64,000 nt of DNA from an uncultured Gammaproteobacteria bacterium (GTDB lineage Bacteria > Patescibacteriota > Microgenomatia > UBA10105 > UBA927): the NCBI GenBank assembly GCA_964349125.1, contig CAYGFH010000001.1:389408-453407 (forward strand), read 5' to 3'. Shown piece after piece: positions 26,011 through 34,804 of the stretch (within the stretch, counting starts at the first letter, position 1; each line of letters opens with the position of its first letter). Position numbers and translations under genes: made by a program. The notes under the pieces are model-generated. The model saw only the letters and a list, made by a program, of their open reading frames with translations. It had not been told where the DNA came from and ran no database searches.

Positions 26011-28485
26011 CTACTCCATAAATGAAACGGTCACTGATATATTTTTCTTATTGAGAGGTAACATTGATTTTGTAGGACTATAGCGAAATCCGATAAGGAT
26101 ACCCCCCACGCCCGGCAGATTTTTCACATAGTTTTGCACGAATGAAATAGACTTTCCCGCGATATCACTACGTATTTTTTCTGTATCAAGAACGGGCAGT
26201 GCGTATGCCTGCATCGTCGCCTTTCCCGTTATCGATCCGTCTTTCTTCACCTGTACATCACTTACCGTAACCGTTGTTTTTGCATCATTCACCACATACC
26301 CGCTTGGGACCTGACTTGCAGACAGAGAGGATAAAAGAGCGCGGACATCTGCTTCCGCGTATGCAACTGCACTCATTGTAACAGTCAGTTTACCCTCCAG
26401 TTGCGTGGCCTCTTCATCTATTTCCTGATTAAATACTTTCTCTGTTACTGTGGTCTTTATTGTCGCATCTATGATTTTTTCGCTCCCTGTCACCACTTGA
26501 GCAAACCCTTGTTTTGCTTTCTCCGTCAATTCTGCAGATACTGTTTTTACAAAGGAATCATAATCAGATCGAGATACTACAGTTACTTCGCGACTTGTTC
26601 CTCCTGCTAAGGCTTTCTCATTTGTAGCAATCATCACGTCACTTCCATACTCCTTAAAGGTAAATTCTGTTCCACTTGGCATATTACTTTGACTACCAAT
26701 GGCAAGCGCAGTGATCGACGCGGTCTGCGTGCCAAATTTCTTTGTCTCCCCTCCCAGTATGCCTGATACTGTTGCTGCGCTAATTTGAACCTCCTGATCA
26801 AGGGAAAACTGGAGTGATTTGGACGTTAATACCGTCCCTTTTTTCAATGTCTTCACTGTTGTGGATTTATTGTAAATGGTCACAGTACCCTTAGCCGGGT
26901 CTCCTACATTTTTCTTACCGTTTACCGGAACAGTTTTTTCTCCCGTTTCTGCCTTATCCCGTTTTCTACCGGGTATTATGTTCTGCTGTGCATCCACGGT
27001 TGTTGCTGTAGGATCAATCGTTATAGACTGAGACGTTTGGAATGTCTTTGGGATCTCAAGTATTGTCACGGTAGAGCCCGGGATCAGCCAGTACAAAAAT
27101 CCACCCAGTCCAAGAAGCGCGATAATTCCCAACACGACAGCGACAACGGGCTTTTTTCCTGTTGACCGGCCAAATACGCCAGATAATAACGCTGATACTC
27201 CAGAGAATGATATATGAGGCAGAGCCGGCAATTTCATACCACCACGTTCTTCGCTTACTTCTTCCTCATCTTCATCGTCAAAGTCATCCTCGCCTTCAGA
27301 AGCGCCCTCCACATCTCTCTGTTGCGCCCCCGCAAGTTGTTCTTTTTCCAATACATCTACATCTTTTTTGAAACCAAGTGATTCAGCATCTACCATAACA
27401 ACATTAGCGTCGGCTGTCGTCACATCATCAACGGAAAAATCTTCAGATATAACCTCCTGGGCTTCAGCAACCTCCTCTGACATCTTTGATTCAACTGTAT
27501 CTTTGAGAGGAGTAACGTCTGCAATGGCCACGTGCGTTTCATCTTCAGGGTTTGATTGCTCTACTTCTGATATGTCGCTTTCACCTGCTGACTGCGCGAC
27601 CAATTCCTCTGCTTTATCTTTCGTGGACTTGGATATTTCACTATCTGGCGGCGGAAGGACATCTTCTGATACCGTTTCTTCTGGTTCTGTCGTTGGAGCC
27701 TCATCTGACGGCTCTATATCGCCCATTGCAGCTCCCAGTTCACTGGCTCCGGCAAATGATATTGACTCAACAATACGCTCTTCAGAAATGGTCTCTATTT
27801 TCGGAAAATGAAGGAAATTCACGCGGGAGGTCCACTGGTGTTTCATGAGGATGGATTTAACATCCTCCAGCTCTTCCTGACTAGATCCATACAGCATAAT
27901 TCTCGCTGGGAGTACTTCAATATCGGTAAAACTGCGTAACCCCTGTTCTACGCTATCAACTACATCCTCATGCTTTTCAATTTCCCGAACGCCTGAGAGC
28001 TCACCCACTTTATATACACCGACTTCCATACAATGACTATTTATGCCTAGTAGAATAACGCTTGGAGGAACACCCTCATCATGACGCATTTTAAAAATTA
28101 TCGCCTGTTGCAACGGAACGAACCCTATGGCCTGCAGTTCCAGTTCCTTCATGAATTGTTTTATATGTATCCGAACCTCTTTTTGTATTTCTCCCGTTGC
28201 CGTTAAATACAACGGAGGCAAGCCAAGGATCGCTTTTGTGACGTCAGTGTGTCCTGTTTTTTCCTCCAATAAACCCAATAATTCATCCACGACAACGCTA
28301 CGCTCTTCCCATGAGTCGTTTTTCAATCTTTCTGATCGTGATGCCAAGACCATAACGGCTCCACTTTGCTCTATAGTGAAAAAAGATCCAGCCACTTGAA
28401 GTGCGTCCAGATAGAGCGACACATATATCTCACGAGAATTTGATTTGCGCTTAAAAATGGATTGGAATAGCTCTGGTAATTTCAT
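26011..28485 (-). CDS. Large bitopic membrane protein: cytoplasmic N-domain, acidic low-complexity linker, single TM, about 400-aa extracytoplasmic C-domain
   Basis: 824 aa. It has a D/E-rich segment (EGEDDFDDEDEEEVSEE) and a TM helix VVAVVLGIIALLGLGGFLYWLI. It is directly upstream of the sortase gene with a 5-nt gap. Confidence 0.5.
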   Translation of the reverse strand: MKLPELFQSIFKRKSNSREIYVSLYLDALQVAGSFFTIEQSGAVMVLASRSERLKNDSWEERSVVVDELLGLLEEKTGHTDVTKAILGLPPLYLTATGEIQKEVRIHIKQFMKELELQAIGFVPLQQAIIFKMRHDEGVPPSVILLGINSHCMEVGVYKVGELSGVREIEKHEDVVDSVEQGLRSFTDIEVLPARIMLYGSSQEELEDVKSILMKHQWTSRVNFLHFPKIETISEERIVESISFAGASELGAAMGDIEPSDEAPTTEPEETVSEDVLPPPDSEISKSTKDKAEELVAQSAGESDISEVEQSNPEDETHVAIADVTPLKDTVESKMSEEVAEAQEVISEDFSVDDVTTADANVVMVDAESLGFKKDVDVLEKEQLAGAQQRDVEGASEGEDDFDDEDEEEVSEERGGMKLPALPHISFSGVSALLSGVFGRSTGKKPVVAVVLGIIALLGLGGFLYWLIPGSTVTILEIPKTFQTSQSITIDPTATTVDAQQNIIPGRKRDKAETGEKTVPVNGKKNVGDPAKGTVTIYNKSTTVKTLKKGTVLTSKSLQFSLDQEVQISAATVSGILGGETKKFGTQTASITALAIGSQSNMPSGTEFTFKEYGSDVMIATNEKALAGGTSREVTVVSRSDYDSFVKTVSAELTEKAKQGFAQVVTGSEKIIDATIKTTVTEKVFNQEIDEEATQLEGKLTVTMSAVAYAEADVRALLSSLSASQVPSGYVVNDAKTTVTVSDVQVKKDGSITGKATMQAYALPVLDTEKIRSDIAGKSISFVQNYVKNLPGVGGILIGFRYSPTKSMLPLNKKNISVTVSFME

Positions 28486-28551
28486 GCGTTAATCGGGCTG
28501 ACACCCCTACGTATTACCATAGTAACAACCTGAAGCTCTGGAAGCAACACG

Positions 28552-30414
28552 TTACTCCGAAAGAGTCCCGTAAATCCTTCTGATACCCGATCCTGAGGAT
28601 TCCTCTTTGCTTATTTTAAAAACCCCAAGCTCACCGGTATTTTTCACATGTGGTCCACCGCAAAACTCTGCCGAAAAATAATCAGATGGCGTTGCCTGTT
28701 CAGGCTGAATACCACTTTTTAGACCAATAAAATAGACACTGACTTTTTCTGGGTATTTCTGACCAAATTCCATTTGTGCTCCTATAGATTCGGCATCTTT
28801 TTTATTCATGGCAATATTTTGTACAGTCAGTTTTGCGCGAATTTTCTCGTTTACCAAAGCCTCAATTGCGGACAGTTCCTCCGGAGTCAATTTACGGGCA
28901 AAATTCACATCTATGCGCAGCCTTTCCGCTGTTATATTACTTCCGCGCTGTTTAATGGTTGAATCCACTATCTGTTGCATAGCGGCTAACAGAAGGTGAT
29001 GTGCGGTATGGAGCCTCGTGGTCTGCTCGCTATGATCCGCTAACCCGCCTTTAAACATGCCTTTTGCAGCTGTTCGTGATAATGCCTGGTGCTTCTTAAA
29101 TTCTTCTTCAAATTGTCCACGGTCGACCTGTTGTCCTTTTTCGGTGGCGACTTCGACAGTCATTTCCCATGGGAAGCCGTACGTTTCATATAATGTGAAT
29201 GCTATTTTTCCATCCAATTCAGGAACTTTCTCTATTTCTGCAATCCCCCGCTCAAGAGTTTTTCCAAAACGAAGCGCCTCTTCCTGAAGCAGCAATTTTA
29301 TTTCCGCGGCTTTTTCTACTACTGCGGGATATGCATGTTCATACACTTGTGCTATTGGTTCGACAACCTGTCCGATATAGAGCAGATCTTTGGGTAATCC
29401 CAGCTTTTTCCCGTACATAAGGGATCGTCGTATCAGACGTCTCAGAACATACCCCTGGGTTTTGTTCGACGGTAATACACCATCGGCCATCATCATGACA
29501 CTCGCCCGCATATGATCAGCAATAATGCGCATTGCCCGTGTTTCTTCGACGTGCTCTCCGTATGTTTTATGACTTGACGCCTCCAGAATTGAAATAATGG
29601 GCGTAAACATATCTGTGGTAAATACATCTGACGTATTATTTGTTGCCGCCACCTGTCGTTCAAGCCCGCCGCCAAAGTCCACATTTTTTTGCGCGAGTTC
29701 CACGAGAGAACCGTCTTCCTGTTTTTTGTATTGCATGAAAACTGAGTTGGCTATTTCCATGAATCGTCCGCAATCACAGTTTGGATGGCATTTTTCGTGT
29801 TTCCACTCACTTCTGCCGTGGTGGCCGAGATCTTCGCCAAAGTCGAAAAATACTTCACTGTCAGGACCTCCAGGCTCACCTGCGGGCATTTTCTCGGGCT
29901 CGCCGCTCCTGCTCCACCAATTCTTTTTGGCAGGGTATGAGTAGATACGCTCCCCTTCCTGAGCATCTATACCGACGCCGCTGTAGATATCTTTCCATAT
30001 AGAAATTGAATCCGTATCTTTTGAAACCTGAGTATTACCCTCAAACACCGTGACAAACAATCGCTTTGGATCAAGTCCCAGCTCTTTTGTCAGGAAGGTA
30101 AAAATCCAGGGGAGTTGTTCTTTTTTAAAATAATCCCCGAGGGACCAATTTCCCAACATTTCAAAAAAAGTGGTGTGCCTGTTATCTCCAACTTCATCTA
30201 TATCCTGTGCGCGAAACGATTTCTGACTGTTTACCAGGCGGGTACCGAGAGGATGCTTTGCCCCCAACAAGTAGGGAATGAGGGGTTGCATGCCACTGCT
30301 TGTGAATAGTGTCGTTGGGTCATTTTCAGGAACTACGTTTGCGGAAGGAATTTCTTTATGTCCCTGTTTTTGGAAAAATGAAATATACGATGACCTGACA
30401 TCTTTAGAATTCAT
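28552..30414 (-). CDS. alaS: Alanine--tRNA ligase (short form: catalytic, tRNA-recognition and editing domains; no C-Ala domain)
   Basis: Class II aaRS motifs (FTSSGMQP, FFEMLGNWSLGDYFK) and the editing-domain HxxxH (TAHHLLLAAM). The start is chosen at MNSKDV (30414); the ORF track extends it to 30483. Confidence 0.9.
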   Translation of the reverse strand: MNSKDVRSSYISFFQKQGHKEIPSANVVPENDPTTLFTSSGMQPLIPYLLGAKHPLGTRLVNSQKSFRAQDIDEVGDNRHTTFFEMLGNWSLGDYFKKEQLPWIFTFLTKELGLDPKRLFVTVFEGNTQVSKDTDSISIWKDIYSGVGIDAQEGERIYSYPAKKNWWSRSGEPEKMPAGEPGGPDSEVFFDFGEDLGHHGRSEWKHEKCHPNCDCGRFMEIANSVFMQYKKQEDGSLVELAQKNVDFGGGLERQVAATNNTSDVFTTDMFTPIISILEASSHKTYGEHVEETRAMRIIADHMRASVMMMADGVLPSNKTQGYVLRRLIRRSLMYGKKLGLPKDLLYIGQVVEPIAQVYEHAYPAVVEKAAEIKLLLQEEALRFGKTLERGIAEIEKVPELDGKIAFTLYETYGFPWEMTVEVATEKGQQVDRGQFEEEFKKHQALSRTAAKGMFKGGLADHSEQTTRLHTAHHLLLAAMQQIVDSTIKQRGSNITAERLRIDVNFARKLTPEELSAIEALVNEKIRAKLTVQNIAMNKKDAESIGAQMEFGQKYPEKVSVYFIGLKSGIQPEQATPSDYFSAEFCGGPHVKNTGELGVFKISKEESSGSGIRRIYGTLSE

Positions 30415-30470
30415 ATTGGATATTATATCATTACGTTGGTATCTATATACAATAATCTGATAATACACAT

Positions 30471-31979
30471 ATGACCGCGTCACGCCCGCTCCCTTCTTGG
30501 CTTTTTTGGCTACTTCTTGGCATCTCGTTTTTTTTTGCTACGACACTACTTCGATCAAATGAGATTCAATTTTCCTCTGATATTGCCAGGGACTTCCATT
30601 TACTTCGTGAAGTCGATGAAAAAAAATTTATTCTCATTGGCCCACGTTCCAGTGTTGGTGGTCTTTTCCACGGACCGCTTTGGATATATCTGAACTATCC
30701 GGCATACGTTCTCGGGGGAGGAAATCCGGTTGTGGTTGGATGGTTTTGGATTCTCCTAAGCGGTATTTTTACGTGGTCCTGTTACCGTATTGCCAAGTCA
30801 CTCTTCTCAGAGTTAGTTGGCCAACTCACAGCCATCATGATCGCCCTCTATATGGTGTATATCACAAATGGATTTTTTAACCCTCACGGCGCAATGTTTA
30901 TGATCCCGTTCTTTTTCTATACTGCAATCAAATACGCACAAACACGAAACGTACTGTATTTACTGGCACATGTGCTTGCGGTTGGCATCATAATTCAGTT
31001 TCAGATGGCTATTGGGATTCCAATCCTTATGCTCACGCTGATATACCACATATATCTGTGCTGGAGGCATAAAATTGTCAAACATCTTTTATGTTTTGGG
31101 TTGTTGGTAATACCACTCTCAACATTCCTTCTGTTTGATGCTCGACATGATCATATACTGCTCAAGAACGCCATACGGCATATTCAGGCCGGAAATCATG
31201 CAATTTCGTTCGGTTCGTTGGTATGGGATAGAGTGTATAATCTGACAACCGGAATTGAGTTTTTGCGAAGCGGTGGGGCGTTTGGAAACAGCATAGTATT
31301 CTTTACGCTTATGATTTTTATATACGTGGAAATACGTAAACGTCATCACGCAATGGTATACGGCACGTTTCTCTATTTTCTTGTTGGATTTTATGCTGTG
31401 AGCCTTATAAACGCGTATCCTCTATTGTATTTTTATACGTTTCCCATATTCCCATTGGCATTTATTATGTTCTCCTCCGTTACAACTTCGACGTTCAGAT
31501 ATGTCGGAATACTCGCGTTTTTCATTGTGTACGTGTCTAACCTTATGGGCATTTCACAACATCTATTCATTCATATGAATAACCTCGGAGTTGAAGAGGC
31601 ATCGTGGCAAACACAATCGGAGGTAGCCCGCAGTCTATACTCACAAAATGACGAGGAATTCGGCTACTTTGTGTATGCACCTGATACGCTCGCGTACGGA
31701 TCCAAATATGCGTTGCTTTACCAAGGCCGACTTTCCCCTAAAAAAGCGCATTCATTTAAAAAGATGCCCGTAACATATCTGGTAATCGCCCCTCCACCAA
31801 AAAACGATCCCCTCATGAGCGACGCGTGGTGGAAAGAAAACAAATTACATCTTTCAAAAAAACCAGAGAGCACAACAACGTTCAAATCAGGCTATAGACT
31901 AGAAAAATATTCGCTTACACCTGAGGAAATTGCAATTCCGTTTGACCCTCAAATCGACCCCGGAATTTTCTTTCGATAA
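30471..31979 (+). CDS. GT-C fold glycosyltransferase (ArnT/PMT/GT39/GT83-like) membrane protein
   Basis: 502 aa with about 11 TM helices and an N-terminal loop with acidic residues typical of GT-C enzymes. Confidence 0.45.
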   Translation: MTASRPLPSWLFWLLLGISFFFATTLLRSNEIQFSSDIARDFHLLREVDEKKFILIGPRSSVGGLFHGPLWIYLNYPAYVLGGGNPVVVGWFWILLSGIFTWSCYRIAKSLFSELVGQLTAIMIALYMVYITNGFFNPHGAMFMIPFFFYTAIKYAQTRNVLYLLAHVLAVGIIIQFQMAIGIPILMLTLIYHIYLCWRHKIVKHLLCFGLLVIPLSTFLLFDARHDHILLKNAIRHIQAGNHAISFGSLVWDRVYNLTTGIEFLRSGGAFGNSIVFFTLMIFIYVEIRKRHHAMVYGTFLYFLVGFYAVSLINAYPLLYFYTFPIFPLAFIMFSSVTTSTFRYVGILAFFIVYVSNLMGISQHLFIHMNNLGVEEASWQTQSEVARSLYSQNDEEFGYFVYAPDTLAYGSKYALLYQGRLSPKKAHSFKKMPVTYLVIAPPPKNDPLMSDAWWKENKLHLSKKPESTTTFKSGYRLEKYSLTPEEIAIPFDPQIDPGIFFR

Positions 31980-32246
31980 ATGGTCATATCATCCTCGACC
32001 CGCTCAGCGGACGGGATCCAGTCTTTGCTCTTACACCATCGAAATGCGGGGATTTAGAGGACAGAGTTTTCTTTTATCCTCAATTTAACCCAAAACTATG
32101 AATTAGAAATAATACTTTTCACACTCTTCAATGAGAACGAAACAAAGGCTTTTCGCAGTGACAAATGTAAATGCAGTCAATAAAACGGCATATCAGAACT
32201 ACTAAATACTGTTATCGTACTACCGCTATATGGAATGAGTAAATTA

Positions 32247-32882
32247 TTAATTTAAACGAATAGATACCTGTGGCATTTGTGCTGAAGTAAAATCTTTTAT
32301 GACAGCTATCTTATCACCAAATGGACCGCGCATAACTTCTTCAGCAGCATCTAAGATGATCTGGCCATTTTCTTCGCGTTGGCCAATATGTATGGTTACA
32401 AGACCCCCGTTTTCAGTAACACGGATCATCTCCGAAATAGCCCAGTAAGGATTAACTGTAACATTAGGATACCAGCCAACACATTTTAGACTTACGGTTG
32501 TTCTGAAAGTATTATCATGAAAAGGCATATCTTCGGCAAATCCACCGACAACCCTGTCTTTCGGAATTTCACCGGTAATTGGAAATTTATACGGAAACGT
32601 AAGCATTGGATCAATTCCATATGCGTTGGGAAGAACATCTATAAAAGTAGATCCAAATCCAAAATTACTTCCACATCCCACATCCAATAGCAAACCTTCA
32701 CTTAGACGTTTTAGTGTCTCCTGTGGATATCCGATTGGGCGCTTAATCCCGAGCCCATTACTTTTTGTCACGATTTCATCAAGTGAAGGACTAATTAATC
32801 TCTCTGCATGCAAAAACCACCCAGCATCAACTAAATCACGAACTGGAGGAAAGACGCCTTTGTTTCTTCGTTCCATTGACAT
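32247..32882 (-). CDS. Class I SAM-dependent methyltransferase
   Basis: LLDVGCGSNFG (motif I, GxGxG). Confidence 0.6.
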   Translation of the reverse strand: MSMERRNKGVFPPVRDLVDAGWFLHAERLISPSLDEIVTKSNGLGIKRPIGYPQETLKRLSEGLLLDVGCGSNFGFGSTFIDVLPNAYGIDPMLTFPYKFPITGEIPKDRVVGGFAEDMPFHDNTFRTTVSLKCVGWYPNVTVNPYWAISEMIRVTENGGLVTIHIGQREENGQIILDAAEEVMRGPFGDKIAVIKDFTSAQMPQVSIRLN

Positions 32883-33366
32883 TATAGGCCATTATACCAA
32901 TATATAAATAAAATTCCAACTTATATAAAGTTCATGAATCAAATTGTAAATCTAAGTAATCAATGGAAGTTAAATATTCTATAAATACTTGGTTCTCTTA
33001 AAGTAAGCTATATTTCTATTATGAAAACTAAGCGAAAAAATTGGCGATATTGTTAATACAAGTAACGAATATAGAAAAGAAAGAGTAGAGTGGGTAGTTG
33101 GTGCTGCGCTTCTGGGCATATCTAAACTCACCAATAAACTATGGTGTTTACAAATTCCTGAAGAAGATCCCCCAGATATTTTAGTAGTCACATTAACACC
33201 AGATATTATACATAATTGGAATTATTATGGATTACATACACAGGGTTACATCCACCGGTTGTGAAACGGCTAGACACATCGGGAGTTTGACTGAATGTTG
33301 AGCCTTTAAACTCACTATTCACTTACATCTGAAATATTTGGAGATCAGGTAAATACTCTGAAAATT

Positions 33367-33759
33367 TTACCTCTTTTTTGGAATATTTTTGAAGAATCGC
33401 TTGCGGATTTCGGCAGTTGTAGTGATACTCTGCTGTTGTAATTCTTCTATTTTAGTCAGAGCGCTTTCAAGTTTTTCCGTTGTTGCTTCTGTCAATTCTT
33501 CTTTTGATTGTTCAAAATTCTCAACAATCTTCTCTTTTATCTGCTCTCCCTGCTTGACTAACTCTTTTCCTTTTTCCTGCAATTCCTCTACTTTTCCGTG
33601 CAAATCATTTAGAGCTTCTTTGCCCTTTTCCTCCAGGAGTTTACCGGCCTTCTTCCCTTCTTTAGTACCGAGGAAAAATATAATAAGCGCACCGATAATA
33701 CCGCCAATGAATAATCCTACTATGAATTTTGCATCAGACTTTCCGTGATCTTCACTCAT
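33367..33759 (-). CDS. YtxH-like coiled-coil membrane-anchored protein
   Basis: N-terminal TM (FIVGLFIGGIIGALIIFFLG) followed by a K/E-rich coiled coil. Confidence 0.45.
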   Translation of the reverse strand: MSEDHGKSDAKFIVGLFIGGIIGALIIFFLGTKEGKKAGKLLEEKGKEALNDLHGKVEELQEKGKELVKQGEQIKEKIVENFEQSKEELTEATTEKLESALTKIEELQQQSITTTAEIRKRFFKNIPKKR

Positions 33760-34012
33760 TTTTCTCTCCTTTTTTTTGCAGTGCTGTTATCATTTGCAAT
33801 CCCTGTCGTATGCCGTTCATAAACCCCGACATGCTGGTAACACCTTCACTCACCGTTCCGCTGACTTTCCCTGCATCGTCAAGCATTTTATTGGTTTTTT
33901 GCACGGAAAACCGGATTTCCTTCAGTATATAAAATACTTGGATACCCAAAACTACGAGAAGAATTGTGAGGGTTATACTGACGCCTATGATGGTAAGTTG
34001 TATTGGATCCAT
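33752..34012 (-). CDS. DUF948-like small membrane protein
   Basis: N-terminal TM plus a short helical domain. It is adjacent to the ytxH-like gene, and that pairing is commonly conserved. Confidence 0.4.
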   Translation of the reverse strand: MDPIQLTIIGVSITLTILLVVLGIQVFYILKEIRFSVQKTNKMLDDAGKVSGTVSEGVTSMSGFMNGIRQGLQMITALQKKGEKNE

Positions 34013-34083
34013 GGGCAGAATCTAGAAACTATTTGTGTAACAAGTATTGCGCAAATAGACAGAACTGTCAATGACCGTTCACA

Positions 34084-34719
34084 TTATTTTACGCCTATTT
34101 TCACAACCTGAGTGGTGGTTTTTCCCAGCCTGCTAGAGGCCATTATCGTCAGGGTATTTATGCCCGGTTCGACGCGTATCTGATCAAAGAACTTTCCATC
34201 CGGCCGGACAAGGACACTGACACCATTTATGGTAACTGTTGCGTCTGGGTCAGTTTTTCCCAGCACATCAACTCTAGTATCTGAAAACACTTCCTGATTG
34301 ACGGGGCTATCGATTAATAATGTTGGTGGTTTTTGAAGCGTCTGGTACTGGACAAATAAGTACAGTAAAAAAACCGTAACCAACAGGGTGACTATTATGA
34401 AAATAAATTTTCCCGGAGTTAGTTGAAACGGACTTCTGTTCAGCGGCGCTTCCATGCCTTTTGGCAGTAAATGAGATTTGGGAGCATCCACAGTCTGCCG
34501 ACGAAAAAATGCCAGCACCGTTTTACTGTTTAACCCCACATATTCGCTATAATTTTTCACAAAGCCCTTCACATATGATTGCGAAGGCATAATAGCAAAC
34601 TCATCCGACTCAATTGCACTCAAAAACTTCAATCTGATTTTGGTTCCCCGTTCAATATCCTCAAGAGTTAATTTTTTCTCCTCTCGTGCATCCCGAAGCA
34701 TTTGTCCTACCGTTTTCAT
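34084..34719 (-). CDS. rodZ: RodZ-like cytoskeleton protein (HTH + TM + DUF4115-like)
   Basis: N-terminal XRE-type HTH (MLRDAREEKKLTLEDIERGTKIRLKFLSAIE), a central TM and a C-terminal beta domain. Confidence 0.6.
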   Translation of the reverse strand: MKTVGQMLRDAREEKKLTLEDIERGTKIRLKFLSAIESDEFAIMPSQSYVKGFVKNYSEYVGLNSKTVLAFFRRQTVDAPKSHLLPKGMEAPLNRSPFQLTPGKFIFIIVTLLVTVFLLYLFVQYQTLQKPPTLLIDSPVNQEVFSDTRVDVLGKTDPDATVTINGVSVLVRPDGKFFDQIRVEPGINTLTIMASSRLGKTTTQVVKIGVK

Positions 34720-34804
34720 AAATTATGTTTATGTAAAGAATATGCCATACCCACCGGCGACAAAGTATGAAGTCGCGCCCGAGAAAGGCAGAAGATTTGG
34801 TATG

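Noticed and set aside
31980-32246. Nested GC hairpin CCCGCTCAGCGGACGGG after the GT-C gene
   Set aside because: No downstream U-tract and a convergent gene arrangement. It could be a weak bidirectional terminator but support is insufficient.
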